From positions 1 through 39,336 of the forward strand of contig ADNK01000727.1 in the NCBI GenBank assembly GCA_000320545.1: 39,336 bases of DNA, written 5' to 3'. The stretch is from Bigelowiella natans CCMP2755 (lineage: Eukaryota; Protista; Cercozoa). Each line of letters starts with the position of its first letter. The first letter of the stretch is position 1. The notes beneath the pieces are model-generated. The model was not told the DNA's origin. It did no database searches and saw only the letters and a program-made list of their open reading frames with translations. Below, one piece after another: positions 22,417 to 32,323 of this stretch. A program made the position numbers and the translations under genes.

Positions 22417-23310
22417 ATGGGATTGTTTGATGAGACAAAAGATGGAATCAAAAAAGCTGCTAATGATGCACAAAAATCATCAGGACACATCAGTAGACAA
22501 ACAAAAAAAGACTTTGCAAAAGCAGGAGATGCTGTCAAAGATGTGTCCATCATGGCAGGTGATGAAATTGAAAAAGGAGCCCATGAAGTTGGAGATCAAC
22601 CAAAAAAACAAGAAGTCCAACAAGCATTGGCTGGAACTGGAATGGCCATGGCCAATGTCGCTACAGGAGGGGCATTTGCTCCAGAACCAATGGCAGGTGG
22701 ATTGGCAATTCAAGGTGCCATTGAGTCAGCACATTCAAAATCTTCACCTCATGACACTGTGCCACAGGCAGGAACCGCATGTGCCACTGGTGAATTGGAT
22801 TTTGACAAAAGAGGACCAGGTGTTGGTTCATTTGGCGAAGGCATTTCTGATTTGAGAGAAGAAGGTGTGAAACGATTTGATGGTGTCAAAGACAAATTGT
22901 CAGATGAAGCTGTGAAAAGACATGATGATGTGAAAGGCAAAGTGTCAGCAAGATCAGGATTTGATCCAACACAAATGCAATCTGCAGATGAAGCCATGGA
23001 TTCATTGAAAGCACAAATTGATGGGAATGGAAGATCAGAGCAACAGCTGGTGGATTTGAGAAGTGGAAAAGCATCAGAAAATTTGACAAACAAAGCAAAA
23101 AGTGAATTGAAAAAAGAAGCAAGTAGTCAAGGCAATGAAATGCTAAATGATGTTTCAGGTGAAGTGTCTCAAAAGAAAAGCAAAGTGAAAAAAGCCACAA
23201 AAAAAGTCAAGAAGAAGGTGAAATCTTCTGAAGGTGAAATGGCTGATGTCATCAAAAAGGTGAAACAAAATCAACAGAGATGCAGAATGTCAAGTGCCAT
23301 TGTGAATTGA
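22417..23310 (+). CDS. Viral hypothetical Lys-rich protein upstream of MCP
   Basis: ORF MGLFDETKDG... with an Ala/Gly hydrophobic segment and a basic C-terminus. Confidence 0.55.
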   Translation: MGLFDETKDGIKKAANDAQKSSGHISRQTKKDFAKAGDAVKDVSIMAGDEIEKGAHEVGDQPKKQEVQQALAGTGMAMANVATGGAFAPEPMAGGLAIQGAIESAHSKSSPHDTVPQAGTACATGELDFDKRGPGVGSFGEGISDLREEGVKRFDGVKDKLSDEAVKRHDDVKGKVSARSGFDPTQMQSADEAMDSLKAQIDGNGRSEQQLVDLRSGKASENLTNKAKSELKKEASSQGNEMLNDVSGEVSQKKSKVKKATKKVKKKVKSSEGEMADVIKKVKQNQQRCRMSSAIVN

Positions 23311-23377
23311 AAAAAAAAACATCACAAAAAAATCACATTCGTTTCAATGCAATTTTTTTTGTCTGCACATTGTCAAT

Positions 23378-25069
23378 GTGGATGCAATTAGCAAAACTAC
23401 CGATGTTAGCAGTTGTGAAACTACCGATGTTGGTAGATTTCCAGAAATCGACTACAGTTTGCCCCCCATGGATGAAATTTTTGTTGATTCAGTCTCTTGT
23501 TTTAGAGAAGAGATGAAAAACAGCAACAATGCTAAAAAAGCAAATGCAAAAATGAGATTTTTCATTCCAGCTCAACAAAGAGCAGTTGACCCATCTGAAT
23601 TGTGTTTTCAATTGAACGTTGCTGCCAGAACAGCTGGAGATGCTGATTTACCAGCGGTTGACCAATCAAGATTGAGACTTGCTGAAGGTGGAGTTCATTC
23701 TCTCTTTGGAGAGATGATCATCAGAGATGGTGGAGGCAATGTCATTGAAAAAATTGACAACTGTGACCTCATTGCTGAAATTTTGCAAGACACTTTGTCA
23801 ACCAAAGAAGTCAAAAACAATTTGTTGAATGTGGAAGGTGTTTGTGATGACCAAGGATTGTTCAACACAGTTCATGGCAAATTCAATGTCAATGGCAACA
23901 CCTTGGAATTGAAAGCACCTGTGGCTCAGGTCGTAGCTAATGCTCTTCCAGCAGGACAAGCTGATTGCAATGCTGCTGCCAATGCTGCTGCTGTTGTAGC
24001 TGTGACCACTCCCGCTTCACCATCAAGAGCACTTGGTGTAGGAACTCAATTCTTGACTCAACTAAGACCAGGTTCTGTTGTCAAATTTGATGGAAATGGT
24101 CACACAGTTGCTTGTGTTGTGTCTGATGCAGAATTTGCATCTGCTACTGACATTGCTGCTGATGTTGCTGCTGCTAACATTGTTGTTGGCAGAGATTTTG
24201 TTGAAGGATTGCTTGAAACAGAAAGTCGTTGCAAAAAATTCCATCACGATGGACTTTTCACACCAGATGGAGCTGTTCATTGCTTCCAACCATGCTGCTC
24301 CGGATTTTCATCTCAAAACAAATGCCTTCATCTTGATCATCATGGTGGGTTGGAATTTGAATTCACTTTGGACAGCAATGCTGTGATTTTCGATGACACT
24401 GACACAAACAACAATGCTAACATTTTCATCAAAAAAGGACATGTCCATTGCACTGCTCTTGAATTCAGTCCAGTTGTTGAAGCAGCACTTGCCAAGGCAC
24501 ACATGAGAGGTTTGTCTGTGAGTTTCCCAGTTCACCATGTAGTTAGTAGAACACAAAATCCTTCTACCTCTGTTTCTCAGGAACATCAAGAAAGTTTAGC
24601 AATTCTCAAAATGGTCAAAATTGTTGGTAGACCAACTGGGTTTGACACAAACACTGGAGCATCATTTTTCTTTGAAGATCCAACCAGTGCCAAAAGAATT
24701 CACTGGGAGATCAACAAACAAAGATTTACTGAGTGTGGCAATGATGACATTTCACCTCAAGTTGTTTTCATGAATGACAGAATTGGCAAAAATCTGTTAG
24801 GAGATTGCAAACATGCCACAATTTCTCATGGAGAATTCAAAGAAGCAGGCAAATCTGCTTCAATTTTCAACACCCAAAACTGCAAAGAAGGCAATCACAC
24901 AGGAGTCAACACCAACCGAGCAACCATGAGACTCAAAATTGAAGGAGGAGATGGTGTTGGTTCCTCACAACCTGGCATTGTCAATCAAGGCAGACAAATC
25001 GATGTGTCAATGATGCACGAGCAACACATTGTGTTGAAAGATGGAGACAGTCTCACAGTGAGATCTCAA
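23378..25069 (+). CDS. Major capsid protein (double jelly-roll, PLV type); ancestral stop TAA inferred to have become CAA at 25067-25069
   Basis: MRFFIP...VDPSELCFQLNV...GGVHSLFGEMII...IEKIDNCDL resembles PLV MCP N-termini. Size about 560 aa, placed directly before the penton. Confidence 0.75.
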
Positions 25070-25123
25070 ACTTTTGTCATTCTCAAATTCCACCAAAATT
25101 TGCATCACAAAAATTCACTTCTA

Positions 25124-25852
25124 ATGCAAATCAATGTGAAACAACACAAAATTCATTTCAACAGCAAAGACAGAATTGCTGGAACAACCAACAATTCAAA
25201 TTGTCAATTGAACAGTGCAATTGATGATGCATCTTCTGTTTCCATTGCAAGAGTGAGATTTCCAATTACTTGTTGCAATGTGTCAGCTAAAAATGACATT
25301 TTGGAAATTGAGAACAGTTCTGGAAACAAAACAAGCATGGAATTGACAAAACAAAATTGTGGTGCTACTGAATTAGTGACAGAATTGCAAACTGAACTTT
25401 CAACTAATGCCTCATCAGTGGGAACTTTCACTCCTACACGCAATGCTGAAACAGGTAAATTCAGCATGGGTTGCAGTGACAATTTCAAAATGACCAAAAA
25501 CGAATGCTCTAAGTTTTTAGGTCATGATGACACTGCACCCCTTTCTGCATTGCATGTAGCAGATGACATGAGTGATCTGTCACCAAAACCTGTTCATGTC
25601 CAAACTGATTTGCAACTGGATGCAGAATTAGCAGGTCAATCATCAAACATGGTTTGTGAAGTTGGTGGCGATGTTTCTTTTGGTAGCATTTTGCATGACA
25701 ATGAAAAACCAAGTGAAAGGATTGAATCAATGAAAAAAAAGAATGCAAGCAACTTGAAATTTGCACTTGTAGATGGAGATGGAGATGAAATTGAAAACAA
25801 TGGTGTGGATTGTTCCATGACAGTGTCTTTGTTTCATGAGACTAATGAATGA
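25124..25852 (+). CDS. Minor capsid protein (penton, single jelly-roll)
   Basis: IHFNSKDR...SIARVRFPITCCNV...FALVDGDGDEIENNGVDCSMTV matches the penton pattern (SxDR...PxxxYNV...DxxGxxI). Confidence 0.78.
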   Translation: MQINVKQHKIHFNSKDRIAGTTNNSNCQLNSAIDDASSVSIARVRFPITCCNVSAKNDILEIENSSGNKTSMELTKQNCGATELVTELQTELSTNASSVGTFTPTRNAETGKFSMGCSDNFKMTKNECSKFLGHDDTAPLSALHVADDMSDLSPKPVHVQTDLQLDAELAGQSSNMVCEVGGDVSFGSILHDNEKPSERIESMKKKNASNLKFALVDGDGDEIENNGVDCSMTVSLFHETNE

Positions 25853-28062
25853 GAAAAAAAAATGTCCAATTGTTGTCAATGAAAATGAGTGTTAGCATCA
25901 CAGGTGAAAATGTCCCCAACCCCAATGCATCTGGTGGAACAAACAATGATGATCCATCAACAGGAGAAACAGATGGCATTGCAAGCAATTCAAATGACAT
26001 CAATTTTGATGAAGGTGCATCTGTGAATGGCACAAAATTTCAAAACACAGGAAATCAAAACGGACTTTTTGTGGGTCGTGATTTGTCTGGTAATTCGTCC
26101 ATGGAAATGGTCTCTCCAACAACCTGCATTGATTTTGTGCATCAATCAGGATCTGATTGTGCGAATCGCATTCTGTCAAATGATGATGGTGTTCACTTCA
26201 CAGGGGATTTGCACATGGGCATCATTGGACCCAATTGTGCATCTTCAAATCAAATGGCATCCACGACAGGAACTTTCAATGGAATCAATTTAGACGGAGT
26301 CCCTTTGAATCCAAGAAATTCTTCAGTTCACGGGATTGCATCTGACATTGCAAGTGGAAACATGAAATTTGCTGCAAATTCCAATTTTCAAGAAAAATTG
26401 ACTGCATTGGGTGATTTCAATCTTTCAAATGAAACAACAAATGATTCCATCAATGGATTAGTTGTGACAGGAAACAAAATCACATCATTAGATGACCTTG
26501 CAATGAAACATGTAGCCACAGGATCATCAGAGAATTTGCAATGCACAGCACAATTGTCCAATTTCACAGATTCATCACAAAACAACATGCCATCAACACC
26601 ATCAATGTTGTGCAATGAAAATGTTGACAATTTTGAAAGATTGACAGTTGGACAACCTGACCCTGACGATGCCTTTGGAATGGATGTTCATCAGAACTCC
26701 GGTGATGATTGCATGGGCAACACATCAACTGTTTGTGCAAAAAACAATTTGAGCATTGCAGAAAACGGTGAATGTTTTCAAGCCACACCTACTCAATTGA
26801 ACAGACGGACATTGTTCAATCAAAATGATGATTTCAGTTCTCAACCTGAAGAAATCACATCAGTTGGTTCCAATGATGACACAAATTGGACTCACATTCA
26901 AGATTGCAGTTTTGCAACTGAGAGAATGGTGGGTGATGCATTTGTTTGTTTTCAAATAGCTACGAGTGTTGATGATTTGAAAACCAAAGTCCCCCTTTCT
27001 GCCATTTCAAGTGTTCAATTGTCACAAGTTCAAGGGACATCGGTCAATGGTAGGGTTCACATCGATGAAAACATTGAAACAAACAACAATTTTTGTGAAC
27101 ATCACAGATGGATTGCAAAAAAGATGGAGGCATTTGATCACTGGAGCATGAACGAATTAGAATCATTTGGTTTTGAAAAAAAGGATGTCAATGTGAATCA
27201 AGAAGTTCTAAAAATGAAAGATGTTGAAACAAAAACAACAACATTGGAAACTGAAACAACCACATTAGAAACAAAAACAACAACAACAGAAAACAAACTT
27301 GATCCAATTACTTTGTCTAACAACGAACATCAATTTTCAAGTTCCATTTTTGCAAATGGTTTGAGAAGCACAACACAACCTCACATCGATGGTGTTTGTT
27401 TGGGAAAAGATGTTCATGATGGCAGTAGCATTGAATTCGTTAGTCCAACATGCTGCATTGATTTCGTTCATGACAATTTGGGAACAGATCATGCGAATCG
27501 CATTTTGTCCAATGATGATGGCATTCACATCACAGGGGATTTGCATGTTTTCAACACGAAAATTGCTGGAGATGTCACATTTCAAGGTTCATTGTTGTCG
27601 AACACATTGACAGATTCAACAAATGGATCAAGTGCAATTGAAGCATCAGCAACAAGTGATGGCAATGATGTTCAAAATGGATCAATTGATGCAAATGTCC
27701 CCATCATGCGAGTTGCCAATGATTCTTCTTCCATTGTCTTTTTTGAAAGTGGTGATCAGCCACCTTTTCATGATCCTCGTGCAGAAAGTGGCAAATCTAC
27801 CGTTTCAGAATGTGCTTCAAATGTTGTGTCATCAAATGTTCGTTCATCATCTCCATCGTGTGATTTGTTTGATCTCACAGCAGACAAAGCAGTTGGTGTG
27901 AATTCTGGTTCTGATCCCAACATGCCAACTGGAGCTCAACACAGAGTCGAATTAAATGGTCAGAATTTTGTCACTTTTGCTGTTTCCAATCCACAATTCG
28001 TTTGGAATGAAAAAAAAACATGCAGTTACATTGCAATCATGTGGATGATGTTAGCAATGTGA
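25849..28062 (+). CDS. Fibre/spike-like virion protein with a duplicated module
   Basis: Two copies of G..xGxD...S.E.VSPT.CIDFVH...D.ANRILSNDDG.H.TGDLH, plus a short TTTLET coiled-coil repeat. Asn/Ser/Thr/Gly-rich. Confidence 0.6.
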   Translation: MRKKNVQLLSMKMSVSITGENVPNPNASGGTNNDDPSTGETDGIASNSNDINFDEGASVNGTKFQNTGNQNGLFVGRDLSGNSSMEMVSPTTCIDFVHQSGSDCANRILSNDDGVHFTGDLHMGIIGPNCASSNQMASTTGTFNGINLDGVPLNPRNSSVHGIASDIASGNMKFAANSNFQEKLTALGDFNLSNETTNDSINGLVVTGNKITSLDDLAMKHVATGSSENLQCTAQLSNFTDSSQNNMPSTPSMLCNENVDNFERLTVGQPDPDDAFGMDVHQNSGDDCMGNTSTVCAKNNLSIAENGECFQATPTQLNRRTLFNQNDDFSSQPEEITSVGSNDDTNWTHIQDCSFATERMVGDAFVCFQIATSVDDLKTKVPLSAISSVQLSQVQGTSVNGRVHIDENIETNNNFCEHHRWIAKKMEAFDHWSMNELESFGFEKKDVNVNQEVLKMKDVETKTTTLETETTTLETKTTTTENKLDPITLSNNEHQFSSSIFANGLRSTTQPHIDGVCLGKDVHDGSSIEFVSPTCCIDFVHDNLGTDHANRILSNDDGIHITGDLHVFNTKIAGDVTFQGSLLSNTLTDSTNGSSAIEASATSDGNDVQNGSIDANVPIMRVANDSSSIVFFESGDQPPFHDPRAESGKSTVSECASNVVSSNVRSSSPSCDLFDLTADKAVGVNSGSDPNMPTGAQHRVELNGQNFVTFAVSNPQFVWNEKKTCSYIAIMWMMLAM

Positions 28063-28613
28063 GAGAAACTTCAAAAGGTCACAGAGCAACACAATCAAAA
28101 GAATCATGTCGTGAAGTAGGAATGTCTCAATGTGCCAGAAACAAAAAAACTTTGACAGATGGGTTGACACCTGTAGTTCTAAAAAGTGCTGGTCATGAAG
28201 TCATTTCTGTTGAAAAAGAAGAGGAGGTAAAAAAACCAGCTAAAACAATCAAAAGAGTTCCAGTTGAAAATGGTGTCAAAAAGAAAGAAGAGGAAAAAGT
28301 AGAGGAAGAAAAAATTGGTCTTGAATCAAAAGAAGACAGTAATGATGAAAAAGTGAGCATGGAAATGGAAGAAGATGGTGATGATGAGAGTTCAGCAACA
28401 GAATCAGATGTGGAAAATTGACTCTGTTCATGTGATGGAAGGAACAATGATTGTTTCATTGACTTTGGGTGTGTGTGTGATGATTGGATGCACACTTGGT
28501 GGAGTGTCGGCATCAATTACTGATTTAGACCCTGCTAACGATCATTTGATTGCAAGTTGAAAAAACATTTTTTTGAAATTTTGTTCACAAAAATCATCCA
28601 AATCTTTGCAACC

Positions 28614-29218
28614 ATGAGTTCTTCTGCCGCACATTTCCGCAATTCAGTTTCAATTGATGGATTGCTTGCCGGTCCTACCATTGTTGGAATGGACACCGAA
28701 AAAACTGCTGTTCTTGACAGTCTCAATCAACAAATTTCTGACTTTCAAATGGCAGAAACAAACAATGCTCAAGCAAGAGCAGATTTGCAAAATCAAATTG
28801 ACAATGCTAATGCTTCCATGACTCAGGCCATGGGTGATTTGACCCAACTTGTTGATGACAACAAAGCAGATGTTGAAGGCAAATTGGCAACAGAAACCAA
28901 TGAAAGACTTTATTGGCAAGTGAAGCAAGCAACAGAAATGCATTTGTAGATGGTGAAATTGCCAGACTTGACCAACAACATGCTGATGATGATGCCAGAC
29001 TTGCAGCTGTTGAAGCAACACAAGCTACTTTCAATTCAGATGTGGAATCCAAAATTCAAGAGAGAATCGATGCTCACAATGCTGATCTTGACAATGCCCT
29101 TCCTCGTTTAGCAAAATTAGAACATTGTGTTGAAATCGATGAATCAGGAACAGAACCAGTTGCAAGAATCAAAGGAGGTGTCAAATTTGAAGCAAGTGGT
29201 GATTTCGTCCAAGGTTAG
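28614..29218 (+). pseudogene. Coiled-coil viral protein with a frameshift near 28910
   Basis: ORFs 28557-28949 and 28913-29218 overlap and continue the same heptad-like sequence (ATETNER / ASEASNR). Confidence 0.55.
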
Positions 29219-29241
29219 ATCACAAATGTGATTCAAATGAC

Positions 29242-29520
29242 ATGCAAAAAATCCAACAATTAATGACAATGTCCAATGTCAAAGGTGGTGGTGCCATTTT
29301 TGAAGAAACACCTACAATGGCAAATGATGTAGCAGGTCAAACAATGGACACCATTGATCAACAATTGAACGATGATGATGCCCAAAATGCAGAAAACAAA
29401 TTGCAACTTGATTTTTCAAAAGAAGTTTTCACAATGGACAAAGAAAACAAAACTGTTGCGATGAATCCTGAACATGAACTCATCATTCCTAATGATTCAA
29501 TTCAAGGATGGTTCGTTTGA
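29242..29520 (+). CDS. Small viral hypothetical protein
   Basis: ORF with the same coding bias as its neighbours. Confidence 0.4.
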   Translation: MQKIQQLMTMSNVKGGGAIFEETPTMANDVAGQTMDTIDQQLNDDDAQNAENKLQLDFSKEVFTMDKENKTVAMNPEHELIIPNDSIQGWFV

Positions 29521-29551
29521 AACAGCACAGTTTTTTCATGGTCATGATGTG

Positions 29552-30169
29552 ATGACCATGAAAAAAGTGCATTTTTGCAGATCAACGTGTTCAAATGCAA
29601 GAGAAACACACATAGGTTCTGCCACTATGGATCCAAAATTGAGATTGCAAATGCATCTTGCTAATTTCAGAGCATGTGAAAAAGGTTTTGGTAATTTTTG
29701 CTCTTCGCATCAAATTTTAAAAAGAGACAATTGTGTGTTCAAAGTTGTGTTGGAAAAGGATGCTAAAAAAATGTCCGTTCATCAGAAACGAAAGAAAGAA
29801 GCAGAACTAACAGCTGAAGAAAAAACAAAAAGAAAATGTGTCAACAAAAATGTTCCAGGTAGAGATGTGAAACAATGTGGAACAGATGACAGAGATCACA
29901 TCAATTGTCATGCCAGAGATCATCATGAAGACAAAACAAAACACGATGAAACATGCTGTCCCTTCTGTGATGGACATGTGATCAAAAAATGTCACAAACA
30001 TCATGTGCACACTGAAAAGTATGCAAAAAATCTTCTCAAATCAAATGATGAAATCAAAAACACCAATGAAAGTGAGAAAGAAAGCAAGATTAGCATTGAA
30101 ATTGAAAAAATTAGGTTGGAAAGGAATGACAGAGACAGGAATGAACAGAGCAAAGCAATTAGCATGTGA
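29552..30169 (+). pseudogene. GIY-YIG endonuclease, hypermutated
   Basis: KVHFCRS...THIGSAT...RLQMH...CVNKNVPGR reads as VY...YIGST...R...H...VNK after restoring TA. The 3' end is probably extended by read-through. Confidence 0.75.
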
Positions 30170-30791
30170 CGATGCTGTGGACATTGAAGACATTGTGGTG
30201 ATGAATGCTTGGTTTAGAAGACATCAATGCGTGTCAAAAATGGGTCATGATGAATGGAAAGCACAAGGGAAACCAATGGATCAAGGACAAAGAAACAAGA
30301 GAAGAGGTGCCGCAAGTTGGGCCGGATGGGGGGGAGATGCTGGTTTTGATTGGATCAATGGCAAAAAGGTTCAAGATGAAATTGAAAAATGCAAGACAAG
30401 CAAGAATGAAAAGCATGTTCCAAAATCTCTCAGCAAAGAAGACAGGAAAAAACAAACAGAGAGCATTTTTTGTGGTGGAGACAGACCAAAGTTGAGAAGT
30501 TTCAAAAGCAAGAAATCCAAATGGACTGTTGAAGCTGACAAGCATTTCAAAGGTGACACATCCTTGTCCAACATGACCAAAGTTTCAGATGTTCCTTTGA
30601 AATCTTCAAGAGAAATTGTGAACAAAGGCAAAGGAGCTCACCATTCTGGAGGCAGTCGTCCAAATCAAAGTGCCGAGTCTTGGAGCAGAGCCCGTCTGTG
30701 TTCTGTTTCACTTGGAGGTCCCAGTCGTGACATTGACAAAAAGATTGCAAGCAAATGTGATGTTCCTTCATTGGAACAAAAAAATCTGTAG
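30045..30791 (+). CDS. Two-domain viral hypothetical protein (WGGDAG domain plus a domain resembling DUF5824 from memory)
   Basis: RAKQLA...AWFRRH...WAGWGGDAGFDW, then VPKSLS...VNKGKGAHHSGGSRPNQSAESWSRARL. Family assignment is from recall and needs an HMM check. Confidence 0.55.
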   Translation: MMKSKTPMKVRKKARLALKLKKLGWKGMTETGMNRAKQLACDDAVDIEDIVVMNAWFRRHQCVSKMGHDEWKAQGKPMDQGQRNKRRGAASWAGWGGDAGFDWINGKKVQDEIEKCKTSKNEKHVPKSLSKEDRKKQTESIFCGGDRPKLRSFKSKKSKWTVEADKHFKGDTSLSNMTKVSDVPLKSSREIVNKGKGAHHSGGSRPNQSAESWSRARLCSVSLGGPSRDIDKKIASKCDVPSLEQKNL

Positions 30792-30982
30792 CAATGCAAT
30801 GTTGAAAAAATCAACCAAAAGACAGAAAGATTTGTTAGCAGCTCACTAGCTCACAGCAAGCATCATGGCAAAAACATGTGGCTTCTGTGAGAATGAATCC
30901 AATGTTGGGTGAAACTTTCAAAGAAGCACACGAGATGGCAACTGAAAAGCATGGCAAGTGAATGATTTTTGTTGTTGTCATC

Positions 30983-31199
30983 AATGACAACAAATCTCAT
31001 TGAATGTTTGTTGAAAACAATGGAATTAGAGAAACGATCAAAAAAATTAGAAGAAAGGATGAACAAATTGCAAAAAATTGACAAGTTGTTGATGACAGAA
31101 AACAGTGATTTGTTTGTCAAATTGCAAATTGTGAAAAAACCATTTGATTTCAATGAAGATGTGAAATGGGCTGTGTGTGACATTTTGGTAGATGATTGA
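30983..31199 (+). CDS. Small coiled-coil viral protein
   Basis: ORF with a heptad pattern. Confidence 0.35.
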
Positions 31200-31927
31200 G
31201 TGCCAAGATGTTTTTTGCATTCATCTTCTAATTTGATGTTGTCTTTGTCATTTGATTTTTCACAATGTTCTCTAAATGACTTGTCAAAATTCTTTGATTT
31301 GACATCATTAGGTGACACATTTCCAATTGTTCCTTCAACACTGCCATCACTGCATTTCACTTTGAAGGTAGCAGGTTCTTGATGGTCATTTTTCTTTGCT
31401 TTGTTTGCATGGTCTGACATTTCAACGATGCATTTCTGCTTTTTGTTTCGCAAATTGCATGCAGGTTTTGACTCAATGTCTGCAAGTTTTTTGAATTGTT
31501 CATGATCTGGCATTCTCATTGATTTGCTCAATCTCATCAATGTCCTTTCATCGCCTCTGTCCACTAACAAGTTGTTTTTTTTGGCACACTGTTTCAATTT
31601 CAGTTCATGTTTGTGAACCATGGAGTTTGTAGCTGCCACTTTTTCACTCTTTTCAGTGATGAACAAATGATGCAATTTGCAACCCATCCAGGGCCTTTTG
31701 CCATCAGTGCATCCATGACATGACATGTGATCTTTTGATCTTGATGCTGGTTGAGTTCCCTTGCCTTGCCCAAATTCAACAACAAGTTCTTCAGTGGATT
31801 TCCTTTTGCATGTGTCCATGTCAGACGACATTGCATGCAAAAATCTTTTGTTCTTCAAAGATCCAAATTGTTTTTCAGTCAGCCATTCATCTGATGGTTT
31901 TCCTTTTTTTGATTTGAATGTTCTCAT
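31196..31927 (-). CDS. Lys-rich viral hypothetical protein next to the right TIR
   Basis: 5' two-thirds of ORF 30863-31927. The remainder looks like antisense read-through after a lost stop. Confidence 0.5.
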
Positions 31928-31983
31928 TTGTCACTTTGGGTGAGAATGAATTCACAGTGTTTTCAACGATGCTCTGCTGTGGA

Positions 31984-32323
31984 TTTTGCCATGTCATTTT
32001 TGACAAAGATTGTTTTCACAAAACACATGGGATGTGCCTGTGATTTTCATCACGTCATCATGGCAATTCAGTTCAGCAGCAGGTCGTCAGTGGGTGAAGC
32101 TTTCACGTTGCGCATTTTCGCACACTTTGCTGCTGATTGCTGATGGGAAATCAAACGTCGAACACTTGACACGTCATGCTCGTGCAATTTTGCCATGTCA
32201 TTCTGACAATTCAGTTCAGCAGCAGGTCGTCAGCAGGTGAATTTTTGAAGTGAAAATTTTGTGTCATTCCCCTGCTGACGGCAGATGGGAAATCAAGTGT
32301 GGGGTGTGGTGCAGCAGTCTGCT
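31984..32323 (-). repeat. Right terminal inverted repeat of PLV
   Basis: Reverse complement of 11636-11984. Confidence 0.95.

Larger units (their letters stand above)
11635..32323. mobile_element. Endogenous Polinton-like virus (PLV) nested in the retrotransposon pol
   Basis: TIRs at both ends; AT-rich, gene-dense, intronless interior with PolB-helicase, A32 ATPase, MCP and penton. Removing it restores the pol frame. Confidence 0.9.

Noticed and set aside
31330-31390. Chromodomain-like FKVKCSDG motif in the ORF near the right TIR
   Set aside because: Too short and too mutated to support a call.
11635-32323. Calling the nested element a canonical Maverick/Polinton or a virophage
   Set aside because: No rve integrase, no cysteine maturation protease and no TSD are visible, and the MCP looks PLV-like. 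The exact group needs a profile search.
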